A DNA stretch of 64,000 nucleotides. Source: Candidatus Obscuribacteraceae bacterium. Its GTDB lineage: Bacteria > Cyanobacteriota > Vampirovibrionia > Obscuribacterales > Obscuribacteraceae. The notes below the pieces were generated by a model. That model was not told the DNA's origin. It worked only from the letters and a program-made list of their open reading frames with translations, and ran no database searches. Made by a program: the position numbers and the translations under genes. Below, in pieces: positions 38,632-49,432 of the stretch (position 1 is the first letter of the stretch; every line of letters starts with the position of its first letter). The stretch spans positions 32,001-96,000 of the forward strand of contig JBGASG010000010.1 of the NCBI GenBank assembly GCA_044229845.1, given 5' to 3'.

Positions 38632-38772
38632 TAGTTTTGTAGTACTTGTTTCTGCACTGTGTATGTAGCCCGTGAGTACACAGTAGCTGATTATTGAGCG
38701 TGTTATATTGGCTGACGATAAAAATTAGCAATCCGCTCGCGAATCACATTCGCAGTTACGCAGGAGATTGTC

Positions 38773-39057
38773 TTGACCACTATAAAGGATGTCGAACATG
38801 TGGCCAAACTGGCTCGCCTGGCGCTGACCGAGGAAGAAAAGGTCAAGTTTGCTGAACAGCTGTCCAAGATTATCGACAACTTCAATGCGCTCAAAGAAGT
38901 CGACACCGAGGGCGTTGAGCCGCTAACCCATGCCCTGCCGCTATACAACGTACTGCGGGAAGATAAGGTTGTGGCACCTCCAGGGCGAGACCTTCTTCTG
39001 AAGAACGCCCCTGCCGAAGAAAACGGTTTTTTCAAGGTCCCCAAAATCGGGGATTAA
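38773..39057 (+). CDS. gatC: Asp/Glu-tRNA amidotransferase subunit C
   Basis: VEHVAKLARL...VDTEGVEP...REDK...NAP...FKVPKI. Confidence 0.96.
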   Translation: MTTIKDVEHVAKLARLALTEEEKVKFAEQLSKIIDNFNALKEVDTEGVEPLTHALPLYNVLREDKVVAPPGRDLLLKNAPAEENGFFKVPKIGD

Positions 39058-39227
39058 CCGACTCCAACAAAGTAGTTGTGCTAAACGAGCGTCAGGCGCT
39101 GGTTAAATTGGCGCCGGTGGCTTATATTTGATTAGGTATGCCGCAAAGAACAGCGAGCGATATCCGGTCTGAGCTTTCTCTGCAGATCGACCTCGAGTTA
39201 ATTCTCGAGGGGCGGAGAGAAGGCTAA

Positions 39228-40928
<1,701 letters not shown>

Positions 40929-40938
40929 TTCAACGGTC

Positions 40939-41148
40939 ATGTACGAAGACGGCAATCCGGACGACGTCCCGACGAAGTATGTCATTCTCTATATCTGTCT
41001 TTTCGGTGCGCTGGCTACCGGTTTTCTGGCGGCGGGCATGAATGTACTCGGCATGGAGATATTCGGCATCACCCCCCTGCAATGGTGGTGGCTGCCTGGT
41101 ATTTTTGCCGCCATCGCCGGCGTCTTATTCTTCCTACCGCGATTTTAG
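40939..41148 (+). CDS. Small two-TM membrane protein
   Basis: 69 aa with two hydrophobic segments, directly after pyrG. Confidence 0.65.
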   Translation: MYEDGNPDDVPTKYVILYICLFGALATGFLAAGMNVLGMEIFGITPLQWWWLPGIFAAIAGVLFFLPRF

Positions 41149-41189
41149 ACCACAGCACCGAATCCCAAAGCACCGAATACGGTGTACTC

Positions 41190-44100
41190 TTATTCGTCTG
41201 GCAATGGATTGCCGGTGCGGCTGCGCAGTTCCGGCTCGTAGAGATCGCCGGTGATGAATTCCCAACGGTCTGCATCTTCAGAGATGAAAGTTTCGACTTT
41301 GCGCGCCATCTGTTCCAGTTTCTTGGCCTCAGCAGTGTCGCCCAATTTGCGGACGATGGCTGAACGTCTGTCGAGCAGATCAGGCATGGTGGTGTGATAA
41401 CGGTTGTAGGCGTTGCGAATGGCGACGAATGCTTTGTTGTACAGTTCGTCAGCCTCCTGATATTGCCCCTGCCGTCCGCTGGATTCAGCCTGCTTCATCA
41501 GTTCGAGCGATTGACGGACGGCTTTGGCGCGCACGCGCATTTGTTCGAGAGTAGCGTTGACGATCGCCAGCTGCTCGAGCACGGCATCCGACAGATCGGC
41601 ATTCAATCCCAGTGCTTCTACGTACGTGCGTTCCGCCACCTGGAACTTGTCTTGTTCTGCATAGCAGCATGCAGCCTGTGCTTTAATCAGGGCCAGGTCT
41701 GTAGCACTACGTCGAGGCTGAGAAATGGCGATGGCTTCAGCTGAGTCGTACAACTGTTCCGCTACTTGGAACAGTCTCAGTTTCTTCGCAGCAATCGCAA
41801 GCGGCATCAAATTCTGCACAATGCGCATGTCGGATGAGGGGAAGATTTCCCACGCAACCCGCAGAGCTTGCTCCAGCGTTGAATAAGCATCGACATCAGA
41901 TTCTGTCTTGTCTTCGTTCAGCTTTTGCAGCCCTGATTCCAGCTGTTGCCGCCACCAGGTGCGGGCATCTTCGAGGGCTTCGGACGTCACTTGCGACGCC
42001 AGTGGTGCTGCGGGAATCGGTGGTCCGCTCAACGTGCTGATCGCATCGGGATCGGTGGTCAACACTTTCTGAGGAATCGGGATGTCCGCTTCCTCTTCGT
42101 CCGCCGGTGGCGGCACGTTCAAAAGAATAGGCACCACCGTGCCCGGTGGCACGGTCTCGTTGGGATCGAAATCCGGCCCGTTGCCTGAGACTTTAGCAAT
42201 AGCAGCCAGGGACTCTTGTTCTTGCTTAGCTTTTTCAACATCAGCCAGTTCTTTTTCGGCATTGGCAGCAGCAGCTTCGGCAGCGGCTTTGGCAGCGCGC
42301 GCCAGTTCGTTAGCCATTTGCTCGTCAGCCCAGGCGGAAGCCGCTTCGGCAGCTTCTCGCTCGGCCCGCTGGGTAGCGGCTTCGGCAGCGGATTGTGCTT
42401 TCTCAGCCTGGACATCAGCTTGTTCTTTCGCTTTCTTGGCGGCAAAAGCCTCGGCCGCCTCTTTTTCTACTTTGGCGAACGCCGCATCCAGAGCCAGATC
42501 GAGGTCGTCTTTCTCGGGCTCCTTGGGAGCCGCAGGCGTGGGACCTTTGTTGACCGCACTCTGGTCATGCTGCAATGCAGCCATCCAGGAAGGCACCAGT
42601 GGATCGTCGCCGCCACCAGGCTGAGCGGGTGGTGTCGGCGTCTGCAATTCGCTATCAGGCGGTGCAGGCGGCGGTGTGACAGGCGGTGGTGCTTCGGCAG
42701 CCGGGACGGCGATTGGATTTAAGGCCGGTGGTGCGGCGGAAGCGGCAGGTGATTGCGCATCGTCTGGGGGCTGCGCGTTTTTCTGAATCGGTTTAAACGA
42801 CTTGGCGGCCTTGAGAATTGCCAGTCCTTGAGCCGCGCTAACTCCGCCTGCTTTCGCAGGAGTGGTGGCAGGCGGCGCACCGGCGGCCGGCGCTGCCGGT
42901 CCGTCACCGGGTGCAGTAGTGGCCGGTGCCTCACGGACAGCCGTGGCAGTCGCTGTCGACGCGTGCACAACCTCGGAGCCTCCGTTTTGCGCAGCTACTT
43001 CCTGGGCTGCATGAGCAGCGGCAGCAGCTTCTTCGGCGGCCTTGGCAGCAGCTTCTTCGGCGGCCTTGGCAGCAGCTTCTTCGGCGGCTTTGGCAGCAGC
43101 TTCTTCGGCGGCTTTGGCAGCAGCTTCTTCGGCGGCTCTGGCGGCAGCTTCTTCAGCAGCTTTGGCGGCAGCTTCTTCGGCGGCTTTGGCAGCAGCTTCT
43201 TCGGCGGCTTTGGCAGCAGCTTCTTCGGCGGCTCTGGCGGCAGCTTCTTCGGCGGCTCTGGCAGCTTCTTCGGCGGCTCTGGCAGCTTCTTCTGCAGCTC
43301 TGGCAGCCGCGGCTTCTTCTGCAGCTTTGGCGGCGGCCGCCTCTTCGGCAGCTCTGATTGCCGCCTCTTCGGCAGCTCTGGCAGCGGCGGCCGCTTCCTC
43401 CGCGGCTCTAATTGCAGCTTCTGCTTCTTCTTGAGCACGGCGAACAGCGGCAGCTTCTTCTTCCGCTTTCAATCTGGCGGCTTCTTCCTCGGCCGCCTTG
43501 GCTCGGAGATATGCTTCTTCGGCAGCCTTTCTGAATCCTTCTTCCTCAGCAGCCCGGCGCGCAGCCTCATCGGCGGCCGCCTTGCGGGCGGCCTCTTCGG
43601 CGGCGGCTTTGCGTGCGGCAATCTGGTCGGCTTCGCGTTTAGCCAGGTCGGCAGCTTTCTTGCGAGCCAGTTCCTCGGCAGCCTTGCGAAGGGTTTCTTC
43701 CTGAGCCAGGCGTCTGCGCTCTTCTTCTTCAAATGTCTTGCGTCGCGCTTCTTCTTCGGCTTCTCGGCGCTTCGCTTCGGCTTCTTCCTCAGCAAGCTTT
43801 CGGGCCGCTTCTTTCAGAGCCTCGATCCGAGCAGCTTCTTCCTCTTCGGCTTGGCGCTTCGCTTCTTCTTCGGCAGCAATGCGTGCAGCCTCTTCCTCTT
43901 CGGCTTTGCGTTTCGCTTCTTCTTCGGCAGCAATGCGTGCAGCTTCTTCCTCTTCGGCTTTGCGCTTCGCTTCTTCTTCGGCAGCAATGCGTGCAGCCTC
44001 TTCCTCTTCGGCTTTGCGTTTCGCTTCTTCTTCTGCAGCGATGCGTGCGGCTTCTTCCTCTTCGGCTTTGCGCTTCGCTTCTTCTTCTGCAGCGATGCGT

Positions 44101-45563
44101 GCGGCTTCTTCCTCTTCGGCTTTGCGCTTCGCTTCTTCTTCCTCGGCGGCGATGCGAGCCGCTTCATCTAGTTCGGCGATGCGCTTCGCTTCTTCCTCGG
44201 CAGCAATGCGCGCAGCTTCTTCCTCTTCGGCTTTGCGTTTCGCTTCTTCCTCGGCAGCAATGCGCGCAGCTTCTTCTTCGGCCTGGCGTTTTTCTTCCTC
44301 GGCGAGGCGAGCAGCTTCCTCATCAGCCAGGCGCGTCGCTTCTTCTTCGGCAGCCTTGCGCTCCGCTTCTTCTTCGGCAGCCTTGCGCTTCGCTTCTTCT
44401 TCGGCAGCCATGCGAGCGGCTTCTTCCTCAGCAGCTTTGCGCGCCACTTCTTCTTCGGCGGCTTTGCGAATCGCTTCCGCATCCGCCTGCGCCTTGGCGA
44501 TCGCCGCTTCAGCTGCCGCTTTGGCAGCAGCAGCCTCGGCCATAGCCTTGGCGGCAGCCGCTTCCGCCGCCGCTTGTGCCGCCGCAGCTTCGGCTGCCTT
44601 GGCGAGAGCCAGAGCTTCTGCAGCCTTCGCTGCCGCTACGGCTTCAGCTGCTTTGGCTGCAGCCAGTTCGCTGGCCGAAGGCATAGCATGCTCGCCGGTG
44701 GGTGCCGGTTTGGCAATTTCGCCGGTAGGAGAACTGGGAATGGTCGGTTTTAAAAGTTCACCGGTCGTCAGCGACGGCGGCTTCACGCTTTCGCCCGTGG
44801 TGGCGGTGCTGTCGGCCGGCGGCGCCGGCGGTGCCGGAGGCAGCGTCGGTTTCGTCACTTCGCCTGTAGCTTTCAACCATCTGCTGATGGCGTCTTCTGC
44901 GTCCGGGTCCGGCGCTGCCGACGACATAACATTGGCGCGCATGGCGGCTTCGCGTGCCCGCACCTCTGCAGTCAATCGCTCGGACGCCGCTCTCTCAGCG
45001 GCTTCCTCAGCGGCTTTCTGCGCGGCGGCCCGCTCTGCCTGCCGCTTCGCGGCGACTTCCGCCGGGTCGGGTGGCGGGGGTCCGAGCTTGGCTATCTCCG
45101 CCGGCGCATTGACATCAATTTGCTCGAGCGGCACACCTGTCTGCAGCAGCAAACGATGGAAGTAACCCAGCGCCACTTTGGACTCTTTCGACCTGGCGGT
45201 AGGGACCAGGCAAAGAACAGCGTTGTAGTAAATGCGGGCGGCTTCCAGCATCTCGCCCTTGTATTTCTTCATTTCCGCGAGGGCGAAGAGGTCCATGAAG
45301 ATGCAGGGTTCGTTCCAGGGATGGCGGGTGAGGTTGGTGAAAAGAGATTGGTCGAGGAGGAATGCCGCTTTGTCGAAATCACCGACAGCAAAATAAATCT
45401 GTCCGAGGAAGCTCAAAGCAGACGCCAGACGATAATCATCCGCCTGGAAGTTTTTCTGCGCGAATTCAATTGCTTGTTTGAGCTGTAATTGAGCTCTGAC
45501 GAATTGCCGCTTCTCCGCAGCAAGCGTGCCGCTCTTTACATATCCGTCCCAGGACATCGTCAC
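41190..45563 (-). CDS. 1457-aa protein: TPR-like termini flanking long Ala/Glu/Lys/Arg helical repeats and Pro-rich linkers
   Basis: N-terminal RLASALSFLGQIYFAVGDFDKA, central EEEAARIAAEEEAKRKAE and AAEEAAAK repeats, C-terminal TPR-like helices. Confidence 0.85.
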   Translation of the reverse strand: MTMSWDGYVKSGTLAAEKRQFVRAQLQLKQAIEFAQKNFQADDYRLASALSFLGQIYFAVGDFDKAAFLLDQSLFTNLTRHPWNEPCIFMDLFALAEMKKYKGEMLEAARIYYNAVLCLVPTARSKESKVALGYFHRLLLQTGVPLEQIDVNAPAEIAKLGPPPPDPAEVAAKRQAERAAAQKAAEEAAERAASERLTAEVRAREAAMRANVMSSAAPDPDAEDAISRWLKATGEVTKPTLPPAPPAPPADSTATTGESVKPPSLTTGELLKPTIPSSPTGEIAKPAPTGEHAMPSASELAAAKAAEAVAAAKAAEALALAKAAEAAAAQAAAEAAAAKAMAEAAAAKAAAEAAIAKAQADAEAIRKAAEEEVARKAAEEEAARMAAEEEAKRKAAEEEAERKAAEEEATRLADEEAARLAEEEKRQAEEEAARIAAEEEAKRKAEEEEAARIAAEEEAKRIAELDEAARIAAEEEEAKRKAEEEEAARIAAEEEAKRKAEEEEAARIAAEEEAKRKAEEEEAARIAAEEEAKRKAEEEEAARIAAEEEAKRKAEEEEAARIAAEEEAKRQAEEEEAARIEALKEAARKLAEEEAEAKRREAEEEARRKTFEEEERRRLAQEETLRKAAEELARKKAADLAKREADQIAARKAAAEEAARKAAADEAARRAAEEEGFRKAAEEAYLRAKAAEEEAARLKAEEEAAAVRRAQEEAEAAIRAAEEAAAAARAAEEAAIRAAEEAAAAKAAEEAAAARAAEEAARAAEEAARAAEEAAARAAEEAAAKAAEEAAAKAAEEAAAKAAEEAAARAAEEAAAKAAEEAAAKAAEEAAAKAAEEAAAKAAEEAAAAAHAAQEVAAQNGGSEVVHASTATATAVREAPATTAPGDGPAAPAAGAPPATTPAKAGGVSAAQGLAILKAAKSFKPIQKNAQPPDDAQSPAASAAPPALNPIAVPAAEAPPPVTPPPAPPDSELQTPTPPAQPGGGDDPLVPSWMAALQHDQSAVNKGPTPAAPKEPEKDDLDLALDAAFAKVEKEAAEAFAAKKAKEQADVQAEKAQSAAEAATQRAEREAAEAASAWADEQMANELARAAKAAAEAAAANAEKELADVEKAKQEQESLAAIAKVSGNGPDFDPNETVPPGTVVPILLNVPPPADEEEADIPIPQKVLTTDPDAISTLSGPPIPAAPLASQVTSEALEDARTWWRQQLESGLQKLNEDKTESDVDAYSTLEQALRVAWEIFPSSDMRIVQNLMPLAIAAKKLRLFQVAEQLYDSAEAIAISQPRRSATDLALIKAQAACCYAEQDKFQVAERTYVEALGLNADLSDAVLEQLAIVNATLEQMRVRAKAVRQSLELMKQAESSGRQGQYQEADELYNKAFVAIRNAYNRYHTTMPDLLDRRSAIVRKLGDTAEAKKLEQMARKVETFISEDADRWEFITGDLYEPELRSRTGNPLPDE
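43015..43400 (-). repeat. Intragenic 24-bp (and 21-bp variant) tandem repeats encoding AAEEAAA(K/R)
   Basis: Repeated GGCAGCAGCTTCTTCGGCGGCTTT-like units. Confidence 0.9.
43830..44280 (-). repeat. Intragenic 54-bp tandem repeats encoding EEEEAARIAAEEEAKRKA
   Basis: Repeated GCTTCTTCTTCGGCAGCAATGCGTGCAGC..TTCCTCTTCGGCTTTGCG.TTC units. Confidence 0.9.
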
Positions 45564-45668
45564 CTACCCTTCCATATAGGCGTTATACCCCGACTTTTCG
45601 CATGACTTCACCGAAAATCTCCAGGTCTTGCATTCATCTTTTTCCACATACAGATAAAATCTGTTGTC

Positions 45669-46658
45669 ATGCTCTACGGAGATATTTCGGCGGAAGACAT
45701 TCGGCAGGCGGGCGAACGCCTGGCGGGAAAAGTCGTCCAGACCCCCATACGCACGAGTTCCTGGCTCTCCTCCGCCACCGGTGCTGACATCTTCTTGAAA
45801 CTCGAGAATCTGCAAATCACCGGCTCGTTCAAGTATAGAGGTGCGTTGAATTGCCTGTCGGTTTTGTGGGCACAAGAGCAGCAAAAAGTTGTTACAGCAT
45901 CCGCTGGCAATCATGCTCTTGGTATTGCAGAGGCAGCCCGATCGACTGACATGCAAGCCACCATTTGCGTGCCTCGCACGATTGCCGGCAGCAAGCTTGA
46001 GAAACTGCAGCGGTACGGCTGCACGGTTATTCAAGAAGGCGACGACAGTCTGGCTCCGGAACTATATGCGCGCGGGCTGGCAGCCGCGCACAAAGACCTT
46101 TGCTACGTTTCGCCTTACAACGATCCGCTGGTGATCGCTGGACAGGGAACGGTGGCGCTGGAGATTTTGCGAGCCGTTCCCGAAGTGAAGACTATTGTGG
46201 TCGCCGTCGGCGGCGGCGGACTGGTGTCCGGAGTGGCCCTGGCTGCGCGCGATCACAATCCGAACATCCGCATTGTGGGCGTGGTGGCAGAGAATTCTCC
46301 GGTGATGAAGACGTGCGTCGAAGCCGGTGCGATTATCGCGGTCGGCGAGACTCCGACTATTGCGGACACCATCGCCGGCAACATCGAGAAAGGCAGCATC
46401 ACATTTCCCGTTGCTCGCGATCTGGTCGACGAGTGGGTGGCAGTGCCGGAGCACCTGATCAGGCAAGCGATGTTCGAGTTTTTGACGCACGAGCGCATGT
46501 TGATTGAGGGCTCAGCGGCTGCGGCAATCGCGTGCGTGTCTAGAAAGATGGTGGCGTTTCAACCCTCAGAAAAAGTGGCTGTCATCGTATGTGGTGGCAA
46601 CGTGGCGACTGAGATATGGCACGACGTCTGTCGCGAATATCTACCACATAGCAGTTAG
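45669..46658 (+). CDS. PLP-dependent threonine/serine dehydratase
   Basis: LKLENLQITGSFKYRGA, TASAGNH, VGGGGL, CGGN. No regulatory domain. Confidence 0.92.
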   Translation: MLYGDISAEDIRQAGERLAGKVVQTPIRTSSWLSSATGADIFLKLENLQITGSFKYRGALNCLSVLWAQEQQKVVTASAGNHALGIAEAARSTDMQATICVPRTIAGSKLEKLQRYGCTVIQEGDDSLAPELYARGLAAAHKDLCYVSPYNDPLVIAGQGTVALEILRAVPEVKTIVVAVGGGGLVSGVALAARDHNPNIRIVGVVAENSPVMKTCVEAGAIIAVGETPTIADTIAGNIEKGSITFPVARDLVDEWVAVPEHLIRQAMFEFLTHERMLIEGSAAAAIACVSRKMVAFQPSEKVAVIVCGGNVATEIWHDVCREYLPHSS

Positions 46659-46740
46659 AGGAACGCGGGATTCCGGTGATTAAGTTAGTGGTGGCATATA
46701 CGCACCACGACTCCGGTACCGAACGTATTTGATCTGTCAA

Positions 46741-47439
46741 CTAGTCGGCGACGATTACGAGGTTGCCGCCAGCTTCCTTAGCTTCAATGAGAGCTTCGCT
46801 GGCCGCTTCTAAGAGACTTTGCGGATCGCAGCTATGCTTCGGATAACAGGTGACTGAGAGTGTCGCCGTCACGTGAATGATTTTGCCGGAACGCGGATCG
46901 CGCAATTCCAGGGCTTCCACCCGGCGCCGCACGCGTTCTGCAACTGCCTTTGCGCCTTCCGAATCAGTTTCGTGAAGGACAGCCACCAGTTCTTCTCCAC
47001 CCCATCTTGCCGGCATATCAATTTCCCGGACAGAGGTGCGCAAAATATTGGACACTTCGATCAAAACTTTGTCGCCAATTTCGTGACCATAGCGAAGATT
47101 GATGTCTCGCATCCCATCGATGTCGACGAGCATCAGTGACAACGAATAACCCAGGCGCAAAGCGCGTTTAAGCGAATGGGTCAGGTGCTCCTTGAAGATG
47201 TGTCGGTTGGGGAGCCCCGTCAGAAGGTCTTTGCCCGCAAGCTCTTGCAGCCGTGCTTCGGCATTGGCGAGTGCGTGACGCAGACGGTCGATTTCGCGGT
47301 CTTTTTCTTTCAGAATTTTGTCCGTGACGGAAGACGCCATGGACGGTGTGTTCTGCATTTTTTTCATCTGTTGCTCCGCCACCCGATGGTGGGATGTGCC
47401 ATTGATGCGCTGCAACATTTGAGTTAGCCGTGTTTTCAT
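46741..47439 (-). CDS. Diguanylate cyclase (coiled coil + GGDEF)
   Basis: DLLTGLPNR, DID...INLRYGHEIGD, REID I-site, RWGGEEL. Confidence 0.9.
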   Translation of the reverse strand: MKTRLTQMLQRINGTSHHRVAEQQMKKMQNTPSMASSVTDKILKEKDREIDRLRHALANAEARLQELAGKDLLTGLPNRHIFKEHLTHSLKRALRLGYSLSLMLVDIDGMRDINLRYGHEIGDKVLIEVSNILRTSVREIDMPARWGGEELVAVLHETDSEGAKAVAERVRRRVEALELRDPRSGKIIHVTATLSVTCYPKHSCDPQSLLEAASEALIEAKEAGGNLVIVAD

Positions 47440-47623
47440 TTAATTCCAAACCCCAGCTTTTTGGAACGTGAGGCCCAAACGGTCAGCCTGTCGGGTTCTT
47501 CGCTCATCGCCCACATTATCTGTAGGTTTTGAGTTCCCGCTCGACAACTATTTAGTAGCCGAAGTTATATTAACGCCACTTAGGATTAATTACTAGCAAT
47601 ATAGGGGGGATAATCCCACGAAT

Positions 47624-48787
47624 TTAATTAACAGGTACTCTCGTGACCTCGGTACTGTTGCCCTGATCCAGGAGTACTAACCAATATTTATGTTTAGGAC
47701 TGGCCACGTCAAAAGTCATCGCCGCCTGCTCTGATGTATTCGGAGAGACCTTCTTCGAGCGCATTGCGATATTCGTCATGCCCAGCGATGGATAGTAGAG
47801 CACCTTCGTGTCGGACATAACGACCAGATTGGCCAGGCTGAACTCCTTATTTGTCCGGTTGTCGAGTGCAAATTCGACCCGCAGGAGTCGGGAACGTTTG
47901 TCGCCGTACTGGTCCGGCTGAAACTGGGCCTTTTTGACCACAATATCCAGGTTAGCCAGTTTGTTTGGCTCCGGCTCCGCCGACGGCAAAGCGTTTGGAT
48001 TGAACGTAGGCAGTGAAATAGGCGCGACCACTCTGAATTTGGCGGCTTCACCGGTGAAATTGGTTGAAATTTTGCCTTTGCGCCAGAGCGCGGCAATCAG
48101 ACCGATGGTGGCACCGGCGCCGGCACCGATGGCCACGGAATAGCCGTGGCTGGCCACCGCCAGTGGAATCCCGGTCAATTGCACGGACATCAGCGCGCCT
48201 CCGACAGCGCCCTGAGAGACCATTCTGGTATCGGTGACCAGGTGCTTCGCGACGGTCTTGGCGGTGGATTCGCCCGTCGACACGGATGCATCGACAGGGA
48301 TCACATACTTACCGTCAGGACTGACGAGCTTGTCGAATTTCACCTCGACGTAGCCGTTGCGTCCCAGGCGGCGCTGCCCTTCGACACGCGTCACCTTGCC
48401 GAGCACAAACCATTGCCCGGGTAGGACAACCTTGTCTTTGTCTTTGACGTCCATGCTGACCGCACCCACCACCTGATCGCCGACCTGGCTGACTTCGGAG
48501 TTGACTGTCGTATTGAGCGTCAAGTTTACTGATGTACCCTCCGGAACCACCTGCGGAGGGGCATCTTCGATGATCGGAGAGACATACTCCGACACTCCAC
48601 CCTGCAGACGCGGTTTAGGAGCCGCGACATCACCAGTGGTGGCGGCGTTGCCTGTCGCGCCGGTGGTGGCATCGGCGGCAATTACCGGAACAGTTGCCGC
48701 CAGCAAAACAATTGCGGCAGCGAATGGTGGCAGAATTCGGGTGGCCAATTTCACGTTTCTTCGCTCATGCCAAGCGCTGAAGGACAT
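47624..48787 (-). CDS. Secreted hypothetical protein (beta-rich TrbI-like region, glycine zipper, C-terminal Ig-like domain)
   Basis: Signal peptide, VPEGTSVNLTLNTTVNSE...VGD, GAVGGA/GAGAGATIG, VEFALDNRT...VSPN...MTFDV. Confidence 0.7.
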   Translation of the reverse strand: MSFSAWHERRNVKLATRILPPFAAAIVLLAATVPVIAADATTGATGNAATTGDVAAPKPRLQGGVSEYVSPIIEDAPPQVVPEGTSVNLTLNTTVNSEVSQVGDQVVGAVSMDVKDKDKVVLPGQWFVLGKVTRVEGQRRLGRNGYVEVKFDKLVSPDGKYVIPVDASVSTGESTAKTVAKHLVTDTRMVSQGAVGGALMSVQLTGIPLAVASHGYSVAIGAGAGATIGLIAALWRKGKISTNFTGEAAKFRVVAPISLPTFNPNALPSAEPEPNKLANLDIVVKKAQFQPDQYGDKRSRLLRVEFALDNRTNKEFSLANLVVMSDTKVLYYPSLGMTNIAMRSKKVSPNTSEQAAMTFDVASPKHKYWLVLLDQGNSTEVTRVPVN

Positions 48788-49011
48788 AGCCTAACTGCTT
48801 GCCTCTAGAATGACAAGAAGAAGTTGTAAACATTTGAACGAAAGTTCATTAGAAGCGGCATTTCGTCTCATAAACAGGCGTCGACAAAGCCTGTTGGCAA
48901 CCCTTGATAGCGTCGAAACCTGCCGTCATCGGTTCGCTGATATCTGTCGTGTCGCGCACCGTCGACGATACCACCAGCGAGCGCAGCAGCGACACACCAC
49001 CTGCAGTACCA

Positions 49012-49257
49012 TCAAACACTATACCAGACAGGCTGGAGCCGGCATCCCAATAGCTTTTCGAGCGCGCGAAAATCGGGCAGATACCCGCGCTTTCCGCAGC
49101 ACGGCAGGGTTACTTGCAACGTCGGATCCGAAGCTGTTGATTCCAATGCCTCGTATCTTTCGTAAAAGCCACGCAGGGATGCCATCGCTCTGTCGATGGC
49201 GGACTGGTCCGGAACGTATTGCGGATCAGCTGATACAAGGTATAACCCGTAGTCCAT
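49012..49257 (-). CDS. Short hypothetical protein with PCCG motif, possibly internally deleted
   Basis: ATG 49257 with SD CAGGAG. MDYGLYLVSADPQYVPD...LPCCG...LEKLLGCRLQPVW. Confidence 0.55.
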   Translation of the reverse strand: MDYGLYLVSADPQYVPDQSAIDRAMASLRGFYERYEALESTASDPTLQVTLPCCGKRGYLPDFRALEKLLGCRLQPVWYSV

Positions 49258-49432
49258 AATTTCTCCTGGCGTCTGCGATTGCCCCCCTGCAACCGCCAAC
49301 GACAAGGTACAGCCATTCCAAAGGAATTGTGAAAATATGAGCAGGCGCTCATCAAGTACCCCATAATTAGTTTCGGAGGATGCCGGGAGGGCATACTACG
49401 CTCACCTCGCGCCCAGGACTCAAGGACAGCAT

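Noticed and set aside
41154..41180. AGCACCGAAT direct repeat between convergent genes
   Set aside because: Only two 10-bp copies. It may contribute to a weak terminator, but nothing supports a mobile-element target duplication.
43015..44280. Regular repeats as a possible CRISPR array
   Set aside because: Units are contiguous, in-frame multiples of 3 with synonymous variation, have no unique spacers and have no cas genes nearby.
42753..45165. Long plus-strand ORFs (42753..44171, 43738..45165 and others)
   Set aside because: Antisense shadows of the low-complexity repeat gene, with Ser/Phe/Gly-rich translations that lack protein-like features.
49320..49432. Heat-shock element upstream of clpB (CCCCAT at ~49359, hairpin ATGAGC/GCTCAT)
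   Set aside because: No CIRCE inverted repeat, and the spacing to a sigma32-like -35 is wrong.
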